This document shows positions 1 through 12,573 of a stretch of DNA of 64,000 nt, in pieces. Each line of letters starts with the position of its first letter. Positions within the stretch are counted from its first letter, which is position 1. The position numbers and the translations under genes are program-made. Under the pieces are notes generated by a model that worked only from the letters and a program-made list of their open reading frames with translations, was not told the DNA's origin and searched no databases. Origin of the DNA: Piromyces finnis finn (Eukaryota; Fungi; Neocallimastigomycota); contig MCFH01000060.1 in assembly GCA_002104945.1 (NCBI GenBank), forward strand, positions 186,001 through 250,000. Reading direction: 5' to 3'.

Positions 1-1967
1 TCCGTCAAGGATGCCCTCTTTCTCCTATTCTCTTTAATCTCTTTATTAATGATATATTTAAAGAGTGCGAAGATCTAGGAGTCAGTTTAGGTGACACTCG
101 ATGCTGTGGTGGACTTTTTGCAGATGATATAGTTATTTGTGCTCCAACAAGAGGATGCTTAAAAAAGATGCTTAGAAGAGTTAATGAATGGGCCTTGTAT
201 AATGAAATGGAATTTGGTATCCAGAAATGTTCAACGATGGTGATTCGTCCTGAATCAATAGAAAATCAGAACAAGAGAGATCCAACATTTTACTTAGCAG
301 GACAACCCATTCCAACTACTGATTGTTATACTTATCTTGGTGTTCCATTTGATAAGAATCTGTCCCTTAAACCAGTTATTAAAGCTCTTAATAACAAGGT
401 TTTGAAAGGACTTTTTTCAGTCAGTAAATTCTTAAGAAATCCTAATATTCCTATTCCCTTCAAAAAGCTAGTACTTAACTCACAAGTGATTAGCAGAGTT
501 TCATACTTTGCACCATTACTTGGATCCAACAAAGCTAGGTCTAGGATTGCTCAGAAGCATGTTAACAAAGGAGTACGATGGGTTGCCGGAGTTCATAAAG
601 CTGTATCGTTTATATCTTTATACTCTATTTCAAAAGATTTGAATATTCCTCCATTGTCAGCCAAATGTGCGTTAGCTCAGGTTAGATGTTTTAACAAATG
701 GAAAAACTCGAATTGTATTATCTCACACCTTGTCAATTACATTCCTAAATTTAGAAAATACACGTGGTGCAAATCAGGTAGGACACTTGATAAAAAACTA
801 AAGAAGCATGGAGATGTTAAAGCAGTTAAAAACTTTTATTGGAAAGATCTCAAAGGGAATTCTATCAAAGCGCAATATTATGATGATAATAAATTTATTG
901 AAACTAAAGATTTTATTAAATTATGTTATGAATACCCAGAGTTTGCCTATGGCTTCTACTGGCTATTGAAAGCAAGAAGCGGATACAAGTTGGATGCTAG
1001 AGTTGCCAAAGCTGCTAAATTTGTTGATCCAGTTTGTCCTAACTACTGTCCATGTTGCAAGTGTGGTGTTCAAAGTATTAAACATTGGTTATTAGATTGT
1101 CCAACATTTAGAGATATCCGTATTAAACATTATGATTCCATAGTCCAGCTATTAAATTTTTTCAGTCAACGTAATTCCAATAGTCCTATCAATAATAATG
1201 AAAATGTTAATATCAGCAGAGATAGCAATAACAGTAATAGTAATAGTAACAATAGTAGTAATAACAATAGTAGTAATAGAAATAATAATATTAGTAATGA
1301 TAGCAATAGTGAAGATAATAATTCTAATTTAGATAGTAATTTAGTTAATGATAGTAATAGTTCTAATAATCCGGTGAATATTAATGTGTATGATTATTCT
1401 AGTGTGTGCAGTAAAATATTTAAATTCCTTCTTGGGGGAAGAAGTTTTAACAATATTAATTACAATTCAAGGGAATGGAAAGAACTTTGTAAGCGTCAGA
1501 TTCAATCTGGTACTAACGAAGGAACTCCATTCTTGACGGTAACCGCGGAACTTCTAACCAAAATCATGCCTTTTGCTATTGGCCAGCAATGGTCAATGTT
1601 CAAAAGGTTTGAAGCAACATCCAAGAGCGTCAATGCTGAAGAAACAGTAAGACAGGCCAGGAGGGCCAGCGCAACCAATGGAGATCATAATTTTGTTCCA
1701 TGACAAAATTTTGATCTTTGGCTCGGTGTCCCATTGGAAGTCAAATACAATTATTATACTTTAGTATGATAGTGGCTTTCTTACTTTAATTAAAATTACT
1801 AGAATACATTATACCCAATTTTTATTCATTTGTGTTTATTTAAACATATTTTTTTTATTTTTATTTTTATTTTTTAATTTTTTATTACATGTATTATAAT
1901 TTTAATTAAATTAATAATAAAGTTTAAAATATTTGATGCTGTTAAAAAAAAAAAAAAAAAAAAAAAA
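1..1967 (+). mobile_element. Non-LTR retrotransposon (LINE), 3' part: RT C-terminus, Zn knuckle, 3' UTR and poly(A) tail; 5' end lies outside the window
   Basis: The ORF is open from the window edge and has RT motifs. After the stop at 1703 there are about 240 bp of UTR and then A24 at 1944-1967. The same UTR+poly(A) recurs at 30957-31146 between target-site duplications, which defines this as the element's 3' end. Confidence 0.92.
3..1703 (+). CDS. LINE ORF2 (reverse transcriptase), 5'-partial
   Basis: The frame upstream of the listed ATG reads RQGCPLSPILFNLFINDI...GGLFADDIVI (RT motifs QGxPLSP and FADD). It later has YLGVPF and a C-terminal CX2CX8HX4C knuckle (CPCCKCGVQSIKHWLLDC), followed by an Asn/Ser-rich low-complexity stretch. 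Confidence 0.92.
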   Translation, partial: RQGCPLSPILFNLFINDIFKECEDLGVSLGDTRCCGGLFADDIVICAPTRGCLKKMLRRVNEWALYNEMEFGIQKCSTMVIRPESIENQNKRDPTFYLAGQPIPTTDCYTYLGVPFDKNLSLKPVIKALNNKVLKGLFSVSKFLRNPNIPIPFKKLVLNSQVISRVSYFAPLLGSNKARSRIAQKHVNKGVRWVAGVHKAVSFISLYSISKDLNIPPLSAKCALAQVRCFNKWKNSNCIISHLVNYIPKFRKYTWCKSGRTLDKKLKKHGDVKAVKNFYWKDLKGNSIKAQYYDDNKFIETKDFIKLCYEYPEFAYGFYWLLKARSGYKLDARVAKAAKFVDPVCPNYCPCCKCGVQSIKHWLLDCPTFRDIRIKHYDSIVQLLNFFSQRNSNSPINNNENVNISRDSNNSNSNSNNSSNNNSSNRNNNISNDSNSEDNNSNLDSNLVNDSNSSNNPVNINVYDYSSVCSKIFKFLLGGRSFNNINYNSREWKELCKRQIQSGTNEGTPFLTVTAELLTKIMPFAIGQQWSMFKRFEATSKSVNAEETVRQARRASATNGDHNFVP

Positions 1968-2829
1968 GGCCTTTTCATTGAATTTACAATAGGTAATTCA
2001 TTCCTATTTTTATTTTTATTGAATAACATATAAAAAAATATCCTATGAAATTAATAAGAAATGATTAATAATTTTCCTATTTCTGATAAATAATAATAAT
2101 TCATTATTCTATAGGCAAGATAGAAATAAAGTATTATACTTTATTATCTATTTCTAGTTGTTTACTACATTTTTATGAAAGTTTGTTACATTACTTATAC
2201 ATGTATCAATGCTTATGTATTATTATTATTATTATTATTATATTTAATATTTTGTTTATTATAATAAGAAAGTTGCAATTTTGACAATTCAAATGTTTAT
2301 TTTAAATAGATAAAATAATTATTTTTATTGATGCAATTTAGAAAAAAAAAGAAAAGAAAAATAAACGTTTAGATTTCATTAAAATAATAATTTATTAATC
2401 AAAACAATTTTTACAGGATAAAATAAATAATAATAAAATAAATATGAAAAATAAACTAAAACAGTTTATATTAATCGATAAAATAATAAATAAAAGATAA
2501 AGAAAAGTGAAAAAAAATCATTTAATATTTTTTTTTTGTTTAACTGAATTAATATGTTGATATAGTAATTGTATTGATATATTGTTGTTATATTATTATT
2601 TTCTTTAAATAATACTCTTTTTTTTTTTTTCTCAATACTTTACTATTTTTAATTTGATATTGATATATATATAAAATTTTTTTTGATGTATTTTAAGCAA
2701 AAAAGTTTGTTGGTGTGATTAGGGTTATTAAGTGAATAATACCTTTCTTCTTCTTCTTCTTCTTTTTTCTAACTTTATGGAATTAAAAAAGAATAGTGAA
2801 TAAAAAAAGTTGATAGGATTTTATTCTAT

Positions 2830-5194
2830 TTATAGTAAAGAGAGAATGGTCATGATAATAAAGGTTAATGAGATAAGAATACTAGGAACCAAAGTGATAC
2901 CACTATTTTCAATATTATTACCATAACTATCAATTAAAGTTGCTTCACGATAGTTAATATTAAATTCTTTACAAACGGTATTAGCACGTTCTGCAACCCA
3001 ATCCTTTAAACCCCATGGATTAACACTACCTTGATAATTACCACTATCAATATTATTATCAAAATCATTTATGGTAAAATGGAATTGTTGAATTTCACCG
3101 GTATGTTGACGTTTAACTTCTTGAGTATCCCAAATAATTTCTGGTCTAAGACGTTCTTTATAAGCATCAATTTTTCTACCGAGAGCATCTGGATTGAAAA
3201 TATATTTTACAATTTTTTTTAAATGATTTTCAAATAATGTTTTACTGTAACAGGTTGCTTGTTTATCCGATGTATTACAACCAATTAACTTATCAATAAT
3301 AACACGAGTATTTGCATCAAATGGATCATCAGGGTTTAATGCTTCCCAGTTAATATTAACAAAATCTTTATAGGATCTTTGTGGGAAAGTTGTGGGATCA
3401 AGATGTTCACTCATTCCAACTCCCCAAGTTTGATCAAAATCTTGATCAACAAAGTAATAGTTGTATTTAGAGTACCATCCTTTACTACCTTCATATTCTT
3501 CGGCTGGATGATAAGTTACAAAATTTGTTGTCAGGAACCAATAGGAATCCCAATGTCCAGCAAGGTATTCTAAGGCAAGAGCTTTAAATAAGGTATCTAA
3601 ATCTAACCAATTTTTATCAAATTTTTTTACGTCTTCTTCATTATTAACATCTAAAATGTTTAGTTGACGTGTCATTTCTAACAATTCTTCTTTTAAATCA
3701 AAAGTATTATTTTGGAAGGCACCTAACCAATTTGGATCATTATAATTAAAATCAGCACCAGTGGAACAATCATAAATAACGGATTGATCGTAAGGTTTAA
3801 TGGTACCAGAGGAAGGATCACCATAAAAAGCCGTACGAATAAAACTTTCAGTAGTGCAATCTTCTTGTAATACATAGAGACCAATACCAACCCCATTATC
3901 TTGGTAAACACGAGCAGCTACAGATTCATGTGCAGGGTTTTCAATGGCATGAAGAATATCTCCATATAAAATTTGACGGAAAAATACTGGATCATATGAA
4001 CTTGGTCTAAATTTTAATACATTTCTATTATAAATACCATCACCTGGTAAGGTAATTTTAAATTGGAATTTATCTTCATCTCCATTCTTCCCTGAACTTG
4101 GAATATTCTATCAATCAATAGATATAAAATAATTAATTTTATAAATATTATAATAACAATAAAAAAAAAAGAAAATATATAGATTATTAGTTAAAAGTGA
4201 AAGTAAAAAAAAAAAGGGAAAATATATAGGATAGGCCAATTATTAGTTAAAAGTGAAAGTAAAAAAAAAAAAAAAAAAAAGAATCATATATAAAAATCAT
4301 ATATACAAATAGTAATATATTGAAAAATTTATATAGTTTTCTTATTCTACAATATAAATTTCTTAAAATTTTATATTTTATATAAAACATATAATAATTA
4401 TATTGTATAATAATATAGATTATAATAAAAAAATTTCTTTTTTTTAAAGAAAAGAAATAAGAATAAATTAAAAAAAATGCTTACATCAAATGTTAAAACC
4501 TCATCTTTTAAAATAACAGTTACTCTTGAAAAATTGACAGTACCGTCACCAGCTATGAAAAAGTTACCATAACCAGAAAATATAAAAGTAGGAATATAGG
4601 TATCATCAAAAAGTTTAGTTTTTCCAATACTTCTATTCCATTTTGGTTCATCTGGATATTTAAATTCTACCATATCATAGAGGGTTACAGCACGACCTAT
4701 TAATTCATTATAAGTATAATTAACTCCTTCTTTAAGGATACGTTCTACATCATTAACATTATCTTGAACATAATTATACCTGTTAATATTTATAGATTAA
4801 AAAAATAAAAAAGAATTTATTAATGGATTTATTTTTAATATGTATTAAAAAGATAGCTTTTTTTTATTAAAGTGTTTTTTTTTTGTAAATAATTTTATTA
4901 TTATCATTATTAGCATTATTATTATTATATTATATTTTTATTTCTTAAACTATTGAAATATTTTTTTTTTCCTTCTTCCCTTTTTATCACCTACCTTAAT
5001 TCATTATCTGGAACTTCTGCTATTATATTCCATAATGGAATAGTCGGATCCGGTTTTGTCATTTGAACAATACTATCACCCACCTTGAGCTTAACATCAA
5101 TACCCCATGATATAACAGAAAATTGAACATTTCTAGCAAGGGTATTATTTATTATTCCTCCTACTAGGAAAAAAACTTTTGTTAATAGTTTCAT
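2830..5194 (-). CDS. cotH: CotH-family protein kinase-like secreted protein with probable GPI-anchor tail (3 exons, about 590 aa)
   Basis: Exons 5194-4995, 4779-4485 and 4107-2830 join in frame with GT-AG introns. The N-terminus is a signal peptide (MKLLTKVFFLVGGIINNTLA). CotH motifs seen: NVLKFR, GLYVLQED, HWDSYWFLTTNFVTY, QDFDQTWG. The C-terminus is hydrophobic (SGITLVPSILISLTFIIMTILSLL). Confidence 0.85.
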
Positions 5195-5954
5195 TGTGTC
5201 TTGTATAAAGTGGAAAATATTTTGTAGGGATATTAAATTAATATTTTTAAACTTTCTTTTTTTTTATTCTTTAATATTTACAAGTTTTTTTTTTTTTACT
5301 ATAATTATATGGTTTAAAGGATAAGAATAAAATTTTCTTTTTTTTATAAATTTAAATTAGAAAAATGAAATAAAAAAAAAGGTAATATTATTGTGATGTA
5401 TGTATGAGAAATTAATATTTATATATTATTTATATTGACTTTTAGTGTGTTCAATTAAAAAAAAAAAGAAAGGAATAAAGTTTTTTTTATTATAAATTCA
5501 TTTACATGTATCATCCATTATCTTTTTTTATTTAATGCTTGGTCAAAGGTTATTGTAATATGTAAATGTATGATAAATAGATGATAAATTGTTTGTGCTT
5601 GATTTATGTAAAGATATGAAAGAATAATAATAATAATACTATTAATTGAAATTGTTTTTTTTCTAATAATAATGTTGCTGTTGTTGCAGTTTCCTTTTTT
5701 TTTTTTTAAAAAAAAGGTGCTTTTTTATTATAAGAAAAAAAAAAAGTTTTTTTTTAAAATATATTTAATTATATTTTTTTTTAATATTATTTAAATATTT
5801 TTTTAATATTAATGATAAGATTGCCAATTTTAAAAAAATTAATTTTAATCAACTAGTTAAAAATCAATATAATAGAATATATTGTAATATATACACATCA
5901 ATTAATTATATATAGTTAAATATCAAAATTAATATATTTAAAGATTTAAAAAAA

Positions 5955-6086
5955 TTAAATAAATAAATAAATAAATAACTAATTAAATAAATAAATAAAT
6001 AACTAATTAAATAAATAAATAAATAAATAACTAAATAAATAACTAATTAAATAAATAAATAAATAAATAAATAACTAATTAAATAA
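5955..6086. repeat. Imperfect (TAAA)n / TAACTAAT satellite
   Basis: Directly visible tandem TAAA units interrupted by TAACTAAT. Confidence 0.8.
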
Positions 6087-7623
6087 ATTTAATATTAATA
6101 ATTACATTTAATAATGGTTAAGAACAGTTAATAATACTATTAATACATCAATCAATAGCTTCATTATCATCATCTTAACCATCATCATTATTTATTTCTA
6201 TTTATTACCATTGTACTTTTGATTTTTATTTATTTGTTTGTTTACTTTTTTTTTATTATTATTATCACTGTTTATCATTTTTATCATTTTTATATATTAA
6301 AAAGATATTTTATTTTGACCAGATTTTTACCTACAAAAAATTCATATTCTCCTACTTTTTTATGCTATAATTTTTTAAACTAAATTAATTTTATTTATTA
6401 TCAATACTCAATATATTGTATAATATATTAATTAATATAAAAATAAAAAGGAAAACTGATTTAAAATAATTAAAATTGATTTTAATTTTTAATTCTTCAG
6501 AAATTTAACTATAATATATTAACAATATACTGCAATATATATAAATAAAATAAAATCAATTTAATAGAAACTTTGAAAACGCCATCAAGAAAGAACTTTT
6601 TCTGGTTGAAAAAACTAGCCAACCAACCAACCAACCAACTTATAGTGTATGTTGCTCTTTTTTTTTTTTTTTTTTTTTTTTGTTTGTAAAAGAAAATAAA
6701 GGTTTTTATAATTATCCATAATAAAAAGAAAATGGCCATGCCAACTAGAACAATATTATCTATTTTAATTAAAAAAAAAAAAAAAGTAATTTATAATTTA
6801 AAAATGCATAATATTAAAAAAAAAACTATTTAGTTTTTACATAAAGATTGTTTTTTTATGTAAAAATTAAATAGTCGTGTCAACTTTACATATGGATTCA
6901 ATTTTTAATATTAACTTTTTTTTTAATAATTATTATTATTGTTAAATGAATGCTATACCAGGTATAATTAATTACCCAAATGAATTTAATTATGATCATA
7001 TATTATGATGGAAATATATATGAATTAAAAAAAAAAAACCTTTTATTTCTATTAAATTCTCTTTCAATATAACTTTTTTTTTCTTTTTTGCAAAAGATGG
7101 AATATATTCTTGAATGAATTTTCTTGATAATATTCAAAAATGATTATAATTAAAATGAAATTAATAATTTAATGATAACTAAAATAGGAACTAATTACTT
7201 GATGACCATAACATCCAAAATTAAAATGGTTGTAATAAAAAAATAAGATGCTAATCTTGATAACATCCAAAATATTCCATAATAGGATGAAGATACTATG
7301 ATAAACTAAGAAATTATTGTTATTATAACTCTTATTTTTTTGTTTGGTTTGTTTCCTTTTAAATATTATTCATTGATATAAAAACAAAAGAAAAGAAAAT
7401 TAAACTTTTTTCTTTCCGTTTTAAATTAAATTTACTGAAAAAGGAAAAAAATTAGATTAAAAAAATTTAATATAAATAACACTATTAATTATTAATATAT
7501 TAATATATTCATTTTTAATTTATTAATAATATAATGGAATATAAATATAAAATATAATTAATATATGAAAATTAATTAAAAAAAGAGATATTAAAAAAAA
7601 GATAATAATAAACAAACAATTTT

Positions 7624-7826
<203 letters not shown>

Positions 7827-8310
7827 TTTGATTGAGAATATAAAGATAGGTAAGATTCCTTAAGAAAGTTCTATTATGAAAAGATGCTTAAGAGGATGTT
7901 TCATTCTTTTTAATTTCTTTTTCTATATATATTTTTTTATGATTTTGTTCAAAAAGAATTACTTTTAATTTTATATACAAACAAATATTTTTTATTTTAA
8001 AGATAATAAAAAAGTGATAGTAGTATTTGTATATAAACGTTTTATAAATTACAAGGCTTTACAAAAATGAAAACCATATTCATATTTATACTATATGGTT
8101 TATTGTTAAAAGAAAGAATAATTTAAACAAAAATAAAATTTCAAATGCATTTCCATTCATAACATGTTTAAATTTATTTCTTTGTATTTTTATTATTATC
8201 ACATCGATAATTATTAATACTATTTAATTTAAATAAATACATTGATTTCCTACAATATTAATTATAAAAATTTAAAAATTTCATTTTCTTATAGTAAAAT
8301 TTTTCTTTTC

Positions 8311-8342
8311 ACTAAATTTGATACGAAAATATCAAATTTAGT
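8311..8342. other. 13-bp-stem hairpin near the outer end of the duplicated unit (copy at 15311-15342)
   Basis: ACTAAATTTGATA-cgaaaa-TATCAAATTTAGT is a perfect stem, about 27 bp from where homology between the arms ends. Confidence 0.8.
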
Positions 8343-8506
8343 AATTAAAAAAAAAAACTTTAATTTTCTTTTCTTATTTTATTTTATAATTAGTAAGAAA
8401 AAAGAATTAAAATTGAAAGAATTAGAAAATTAATAATATTAGTATAATTCAAACGGTATTAACGAATGAAATATATTAATAGTTAAGACAGCAAGGTAAT
8501 CACAAT

Positions 8507-9844
8507 TTAAGAAAATGAGAATGGAAATGAAGTATTGAAAATTGAGGTATCCGTATTAACTTGATGAAATGATGAAACAGGAATGAATGACGAGTTATTC
8601 ATTTGTTGATCATTATTAACATCAATGTCAATGTCAACATCAATTAATTGATTATGAATTTGAGATGGTAAAACTGATTGATATGGATGAATAATTTGAT
8701 ATAAATTTGGATTTGTTATTAAAAACCTGTTATTCATGATAAAATAATGTAATAAATCAGAATGTTCAGGTAAAGGAAATGGAAATTGAGCAAAGTCTAA
8801 AGGATACTGAGAAGGATATTGAATGGAAGAAGGTAATGAATATTCAATATCATTGTAATTGACAGTGTTATTTTCAATATTATCTCCAGTATTATTATTA
8901 TCAACATTGTGTACTACATTATTTCCAAATACATTGTTTTCACTGTGAATATCACTATAAATATCACTACCATCATGAATTAAAGTATCATCATTACTAA
9001 TAACAGAAGTGTTATTAGAAAGATTTTGATTTAATAAGAAATCTGAGTTAACATTGTAAAAGAAAATTGGAAATTTCATAGAAGGATTGAATTTTGGTAT
9101 TTTTCTCGTTTTAGGTTGTGGTGAAAAGAGAACTTCCATGTAGTATTCAAAATCATTATTTGTACCATTCATAAAATCAGTATACATTTTTGAAATAAAT
9201 GCATTATTTGTTCCAAAATTATTTTTTCTTTTAGAAAATTGCTTAAAACTAATTAAACAAAAGAAATTACTAATGAAACAAACTCTACCATCCACCATTA
9301 TTACAAAATTATAGATAGTGTTTTTCATACCAAATAATCCTGAAATGTTTATGGTATCGCCAAGTGTATTGTTATTCAAGATTTCATGTATTGTTAAATT
9401 TATGTTTCCATTTTCACTAATAGTTCTTATAATTTTTCTTTCGATTTGGTTAAGAGTATTATATTGATTGTTAATATCATTCATTTCTACTAAGTAGATA
9501 GAGAAGTCTTCCATAGAATGCATACTTTTAATGGTTTCGACCAACTGGGATAAATTTTCAGCAAGAATTCTTTTTTTTTCATATTTAGATTTATAAACAA
9601 TTTTCTTCACAGATACACTTGTATCATAGTTTTCTATATAATCATTGGTAAAATATCTAGATTTAAGGCTAGCAATCCGAATTCTTTTCAAGTTTTTAAC
9701 ATGATCATAAGGATTTTTAACCTTTCTATTGAAGAACATCTCATCTGAATGTAGATATAAAATCAAGTCCGATCTTTCCCATTGAGTGGTAAGTGTTAAA
9801 AGATTGAGATAGACATTCTTTATTATTTGAATAATAGTATTCAT
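8507..9844 (-). CDS. Intronless protein of unknown function, copy 1 (445 aa)
   Basis: Long ORF in about 15-20% GC DNA, near-identical to 13541-15145. No family recognised. Confidence 0.8.
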   Translation of the reverse strand: MNTIIQIIKNVYLNLLTLTTQWERSDLILYLHSDEMFFNRKVKNPYDHVKNLKRIRIASLKSRYFTNDYIENYDTSVSVKKIVYKSKYEKKRILAENLSQLVETIKSMHSMEDFSIYLVEMNDINNQYNTLNQIERKIIRTISENGNINLTIHEILNNNTLGDTINISGLFGMKNTIYNFVIMVDGRVCFISNFFCLISFKQFSKRKNNFGTNNAFISKMYTDFMNGTNNDFEYYMEVLFSPQPKTRKIPKFNPSMKFPIFFYNVNSDFLLNQNLSNNTSVISNDDTLIHDGSDIYSDIHSENNVFGNNVVHNVDNNNTGDNIENNTVNYNDIEYSLPSSIQYPSQYPLDFAQFPFPLPEHSDLLHYFIMNNRFLITNPNLYQIIHPYQSVLPSQIHNQLIDVDIDIDVNNDQQMNNSSFIPVSSFHQVNTDTSIFNTSFPFSFS

Positions 9845-11315
9845 TTTAAAATGTAAAAACTCAATTTTAATACAATTAATTAAAATGAATGAATAAATAA
9901 TTATTTATATTTAAAATTGAAACACACTTTTAAAAATGATAATGAAGAAATAAAAAAAAAAAGAAAATTTACCAGATATTTATATTGCATTTTTTAATAA
10001 TATTTTATTATATTTATTATATTTTATTATATTTATTATATTTTATTATATTTATTATTATATTTTTTATAACATTAATTATAATAACATTAATTATATT
10101 TAAAATATTTTTTTTATTAATAAAAAAGAATAATTATAATATTTTATTATTTAATTGTTGTACTACATTCCCGGTAAAGGTTCTCTAATTTTAGATTTGT
10201 AAATTAAATACCAACAAATTCACAAACCAAGCTATAAATAGTTTTTTTAATTTGTTGAAGAGAATTAAAAGATCTTTCTGTCTTGCCTCAATTTTTTAAT
10301 ATACACACAGAAAGGTTTAATAAAAAAAATAATAATATTAATAATATTAATCATAAAATTATCAAATATAAAGAGATTTAATACTAAAATCTAAAATAGT
10401 AACAAACAAAAAAACCATAAAATAATCATAGAATTTTCTTTTAAGCTAATGTATAAATCATATTATAAATAATAAAATTTATATTTTTTATAGCATTTTA
10501 ATTAGAATAAGTAATGATTGTTGTGCCATGTAATGTAAATAATGTAAATAATGTAAATAGATTTAATAATGTTATTAATATATCAATAATCTAAAAGTAA
10601 CTCGAAAAATTGCATGAAATATTATAGATCTTTCTTTTTAATAAAAACTTACTACAAAAGAAATGATATTTATAATAATATTTTTAAAAAGAAAATATTA
10701 ATATTTCTGTTATAATAACATTTAGCTAAAATTTATCTTATTTAATAAAAAATGAGATATTAAAAAGATAATTAATTCATATGCAATGTATACGCATAAT
10801 AATATAACAATAAATGTTCTTCAAAAGAATGTAATTCATGTGTGGTTTTTGTTAAAAGCAAAAAAGATATTTTTTCTGATAATGAAAGTATAGGAAATGT
10901 AAAACAAATTTTATTTATTAATTAATATAATATTCTAATTAAAAAATAAAATAAAAAGTAATAATGAATAATAGAATTTTAATATTATTTATACTATTAA
11001 TTTATAAAACAAATAATTTATAAAACAAATTATTATATATTAATTTACAACTAATATTCATTTGTATATTCATTTATTACTTTATAACATTATATATAAT
11101 AAAATAATAATAATTATTGTAAATTTTTGGTATTAACATAATACTGATTTAATAAAGATTCCTAATTAACATTGTAAAAAGATAATTGAAAATTTCAAAA
11201 TAGACAGAAAAGGTTTTCAAAAAATATACATTTTTGTTTTTTTTTTACAAAGTTTGATAAATTTTTTCATTGTGTATTAAAGTTAATAAAATTTTCATAA
11301 CTTTAATTATAAAAA

Positions 11316-12024
11316 TATATTTAAAATATTTTTTTTATTAATAAAAAAGAATAATTATAATATTTTATTGTTTAATTGTTGTACTACATTCCCGGTAAAG
11401 GTTCTCTAATTTTAGATTTGTAAATTGAATACCAACAAATTCACAAACCAAGCTATAAATAGTTTTTTTTAATTTGTTGAAGAGAATTAAAAGATCTTTC
11501 TGTCTTGCCTCAATTTTTTAATATACACACAGAAAGGTTTAATAAAAAAAATAATAATATTAATAATATTAATCATAAAATTATCAAATATAAAGAGATT
11601 TAATACTAAAATCTAAAATAGTAACAAACAAAAAAACCATAAAATAATCATAGAATTTTCTTTTAAGCTAATGTATAAATCATATTATAAATAATAAAAT
11701 TTATATTTTTTATAGCTTTTTAATTAGAATAAGTAATGATTGTTGTGCCATGTAATGTAAATAATGTAAATAATGTAAATAGATTTAATAATGTTATTAA
11801 TATATCAATAATCTAAAAGTAACTTGAAAAATTGAATGAAATATTATAGATCTTTCTTTTTAATAAAAACTTATTACAAAAGAAATGATATTTATATTGA
11901 AAAAGAGTTCTTTTTTATTCTTTTTCATTAATAATTAATATTATTTATAAATAATATTTTAAAAAAAAAGGCAATTAATTTATTTTTAATAACTCGAAAT
12001 AGATGATCATTGTTTAAGTCGATA
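11316..12024. repeat. Third, gene-less copy of the upstream segment: direct repeat of 10095-10674 and inverted repeat of 12574-13290
   Basis: Contains the same CATTCCCGGTAAAGGTTCTC...GTGCCATGTAATG block as 10167-10530. It extends to GTCGATA (12018-12024), mirrored by TATCGAC at 12574. Confidence 0.93.
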
Positions 12025-12573
12025 TAATTATCTTTCAAAATTAAACGAAATATTATAAATCTTTCTCTATAATATAAACTTACTGCAAAGGAAATTATAT
12101 TTATATTAATTATTTATATATAAAGTTGTAATAAATATAAAAGATAAAATTACTAAATTATTAATAAATTATTAATACTATAAAATAGTTAATAATTAGT
12201 AAAGTTATAAGGTTTTTCTTTCAAAATAAAGAATTAACAAAATTTATATTTTTCTTTAAAGAAAATAAATTAATAGCTTTAATAATTAAAAAATATAAAT
12301 ATTAATTATTACATAAATATTTTCATGATATACTTTATTGTCCTAAAATCATATTTATAATATTAAAATTAAATAAAAAAATTAACAATACCATTTAAAT
12401 ATTTAAATATCAATAATATTAAAGATAATATTTTGTTTTAAACAACATAAATATTTACATAATTTAATTTTATATAATTATAAAATAAAATAATGTCTTT
12501 AATATAGTTGCGCGTTATATTATTATTATATTGATAAATTTATTATAAGCCATTATAATGAAATATGAAATAT

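Larger units (their letters stand above)
8284..10674. repeat. Left arm of a large inverted duplication (partner 12712-15369)
   Basis: The reverse complement matches 12712-15369 nearly base for base, including the ORF, about 830 bp upstream and about 220 bp downstream. The exception is the central coding cassette. Confidence 0.95.

Noticed and set aside
1751-1805. Hairpin ATTATACT-TT-AGTAT(G/A)AT followed by CTAG, like a Helitron 3' end
   Set aside because: It lies within the LINE 3' UTR. The copy at 31 kb continues past it to a poly(A) with a TSD, which fits retrotransposition.
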